Shown: piece by piece, positions 62,496 to 64,000 of the stretch | Position numbering within the stretch: position 1 is the stretch's first letter | Layout of the letters: every line of letters starts with the position of its first letter | NCBI GenBank assembly: GCA_040954595.2 | Contig: CM082591.2 | Location: forward strand, 7,740,047-7,804,046 | Direction of reading: 5' to 3' | DNA length: 64,000 bases | Source of the DNA: Balanoglossus misakiensis | Lineage: Eukaryota; Animalia; Hemichordata | Translations under genes and position numbers: made by a program | The notes under the pieces: model-generated | Seen by the model: only the letters and a program-made list of their open reading frames with translations | Told to the model about the DNA's origin: nothing | Databases searched by the model: none

Positions 62496-64000
62496 CTGGT
62501 CATTTTCGTTTCAGTTTAATAATGCCGAATTGAGGGTCTTCTGTTTCTTCTTAGACAGTGTGTTGAAAGGGTTAACGTGGTCTAAGAGCATATCGTATGT
62601 AGCTCGAACAAATTAGACGATCAGAAGGCAAGCTAAGGCTACGAGTTTCGGGGCTTCAATTATGTAGCTCCCAGAATGCTTGCTTATTTTTGAGGCCCCG
62701 CAGTCTGAATAATAACATGTTTCCGCTAGGTTCTATACGAGGTACATACTAAATTCATGTTGCAGACTACAAGGGCAGGTTTGTGTCCCGGTGCATGGCG
62801 GTCCAGGTTGGTTTCCCAGCGTTCCACTACCCATCTTCCTTTTCAAACGTGCTTGCTTTAGACGAAGTGTTTGTAACATGCGCTGAAGACGACATAGTTC
62901 TCCGTGTACCCGATAATTTGGCGAGAGTTTGTTTGTGTGTGTTGGGAGACGCCTAAACAATGATCCAAGAGGCTTATGCGTTCTCGTCGAAGTCTCGACA
63001 CCTCGCATGGTTCGGAAAATCCCGCGTCGTTTCCCTTTGAAAGCCGTCCTGAAAATTGTATCGGAGTGTCAGGAATATATGTCGTCTGATCAGAAACTCA
63101 GTTCGCTGCGTACTGTGTTACATATGCTTCGTGCCTTGCACAAGTTGATTTATACAACTGTAAAACCGATTTACAGACTATATCGCCATATTGATTATTG
63201 TTGAATCTGATTGTACTTTGTCGTGACCGGTTGTTCAGTACAATGCTATATGCATACGATTGCATGTCTTGTTCACTGTGCTATAGATAGTCTAGTATCT
63301 AACTGTGCTAGTACATGTATGATCATGGAGGTACTAGTACCTCCATGGTATGATGTAGCAAGAGTAGCTCCCAGGTTGCATTTTCATGTTTTTTTCACCC
63401 CCACGAACTGATTTTACTTAATTCTTGACCTTAAAAATGAAGCCCTATGCTTCTGAACAGTGATATAAATGTCACCAGTAGAGCTTCCTGTGCAAAATCT
63501 CCACTCATTGACCCAAGAATTCCTCTGTGCCCTGCAGAATTGATGTTTCTAAAATTAAGCAACAATTTGAATTCTCTCAAGGAAAATGAGAAAAGTTTGA
63601 GTGCAAATTGTGTGCAATTTCTAAACACTTATTTTGTGATAATCAAATTGTCAGTTAATTGCAGGTCAAATCAGGTCAAACCATTTTGATATCTTCTTTG
63701 CAATATCTGTTCAGACTGGGACTCGCTGATCCACTTGTAATCAGATAGATTGAGGGGGGGGGGGGGGAGGGGGTCTTTCTGCAGACATCAGCTACATGAA
63801 AATATATGGACTGTCAAGAAGCTTCATGCCAGTTTTAACAACTAGTTCTGGGCCTTGCTGGAAAGCACACATTTTTGCCCAAAACTGGATACCCATTATT
63901 TTTACGGCTGGTTTTGAACTGATGAACTGTAAATTATTATAGGTATAACTTGGAACACTTGTACCTATGTACTCTTACTGACCGAGGAAAAGGTATACAC

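Noticed and set aside
62733-63689. Short ORFs near the window end
   Set aside because: No recognisable motifs or consistent exon chain.

Overview
Eukaryotic (metazoan, probably marine invertebrate) AT-rich genomic DNA with spliceosomal introns; not prokaryotic, no CRISPR. I spliced the genes by hand. (1) Two tandem, same-strand (-) paralogs about 39 kb apart. The complete copy (30892-39960; 8 coding exons, 5382 nt, ~1793 aa) encodes repeated GT-B N-lobe modules, a family-4-like glycosyltransferase, a TRADD-N-like domain, a coiled coil, a 36-aa tandem-repeat stalk and a six-bladed NHL propeller, an architecture suggesting innate immunity or biological conflict. The other copy (1-820) runs off the window and has one fewer N-lobe module. 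Both are preceded by arrays of short duplicated exon-like cassettes. (2) Between them, a (+) aldehyde oxidase/xanthine dehydrogenase-family gene with 17 clean in-frame exons (7384-17438, ~701 codons) and a U12-type intron 2; its Moco-binding half is not visible in the window. (3) Three satellite arrays (112 bp x~37, 165 bp x~40, 127 bp x~95 with higher-order repeats) making up about 36% of the window, plus many MITE/palindromic elements, local duplications and microsatellites. Domain calls rest on motif recognition, not database searches.
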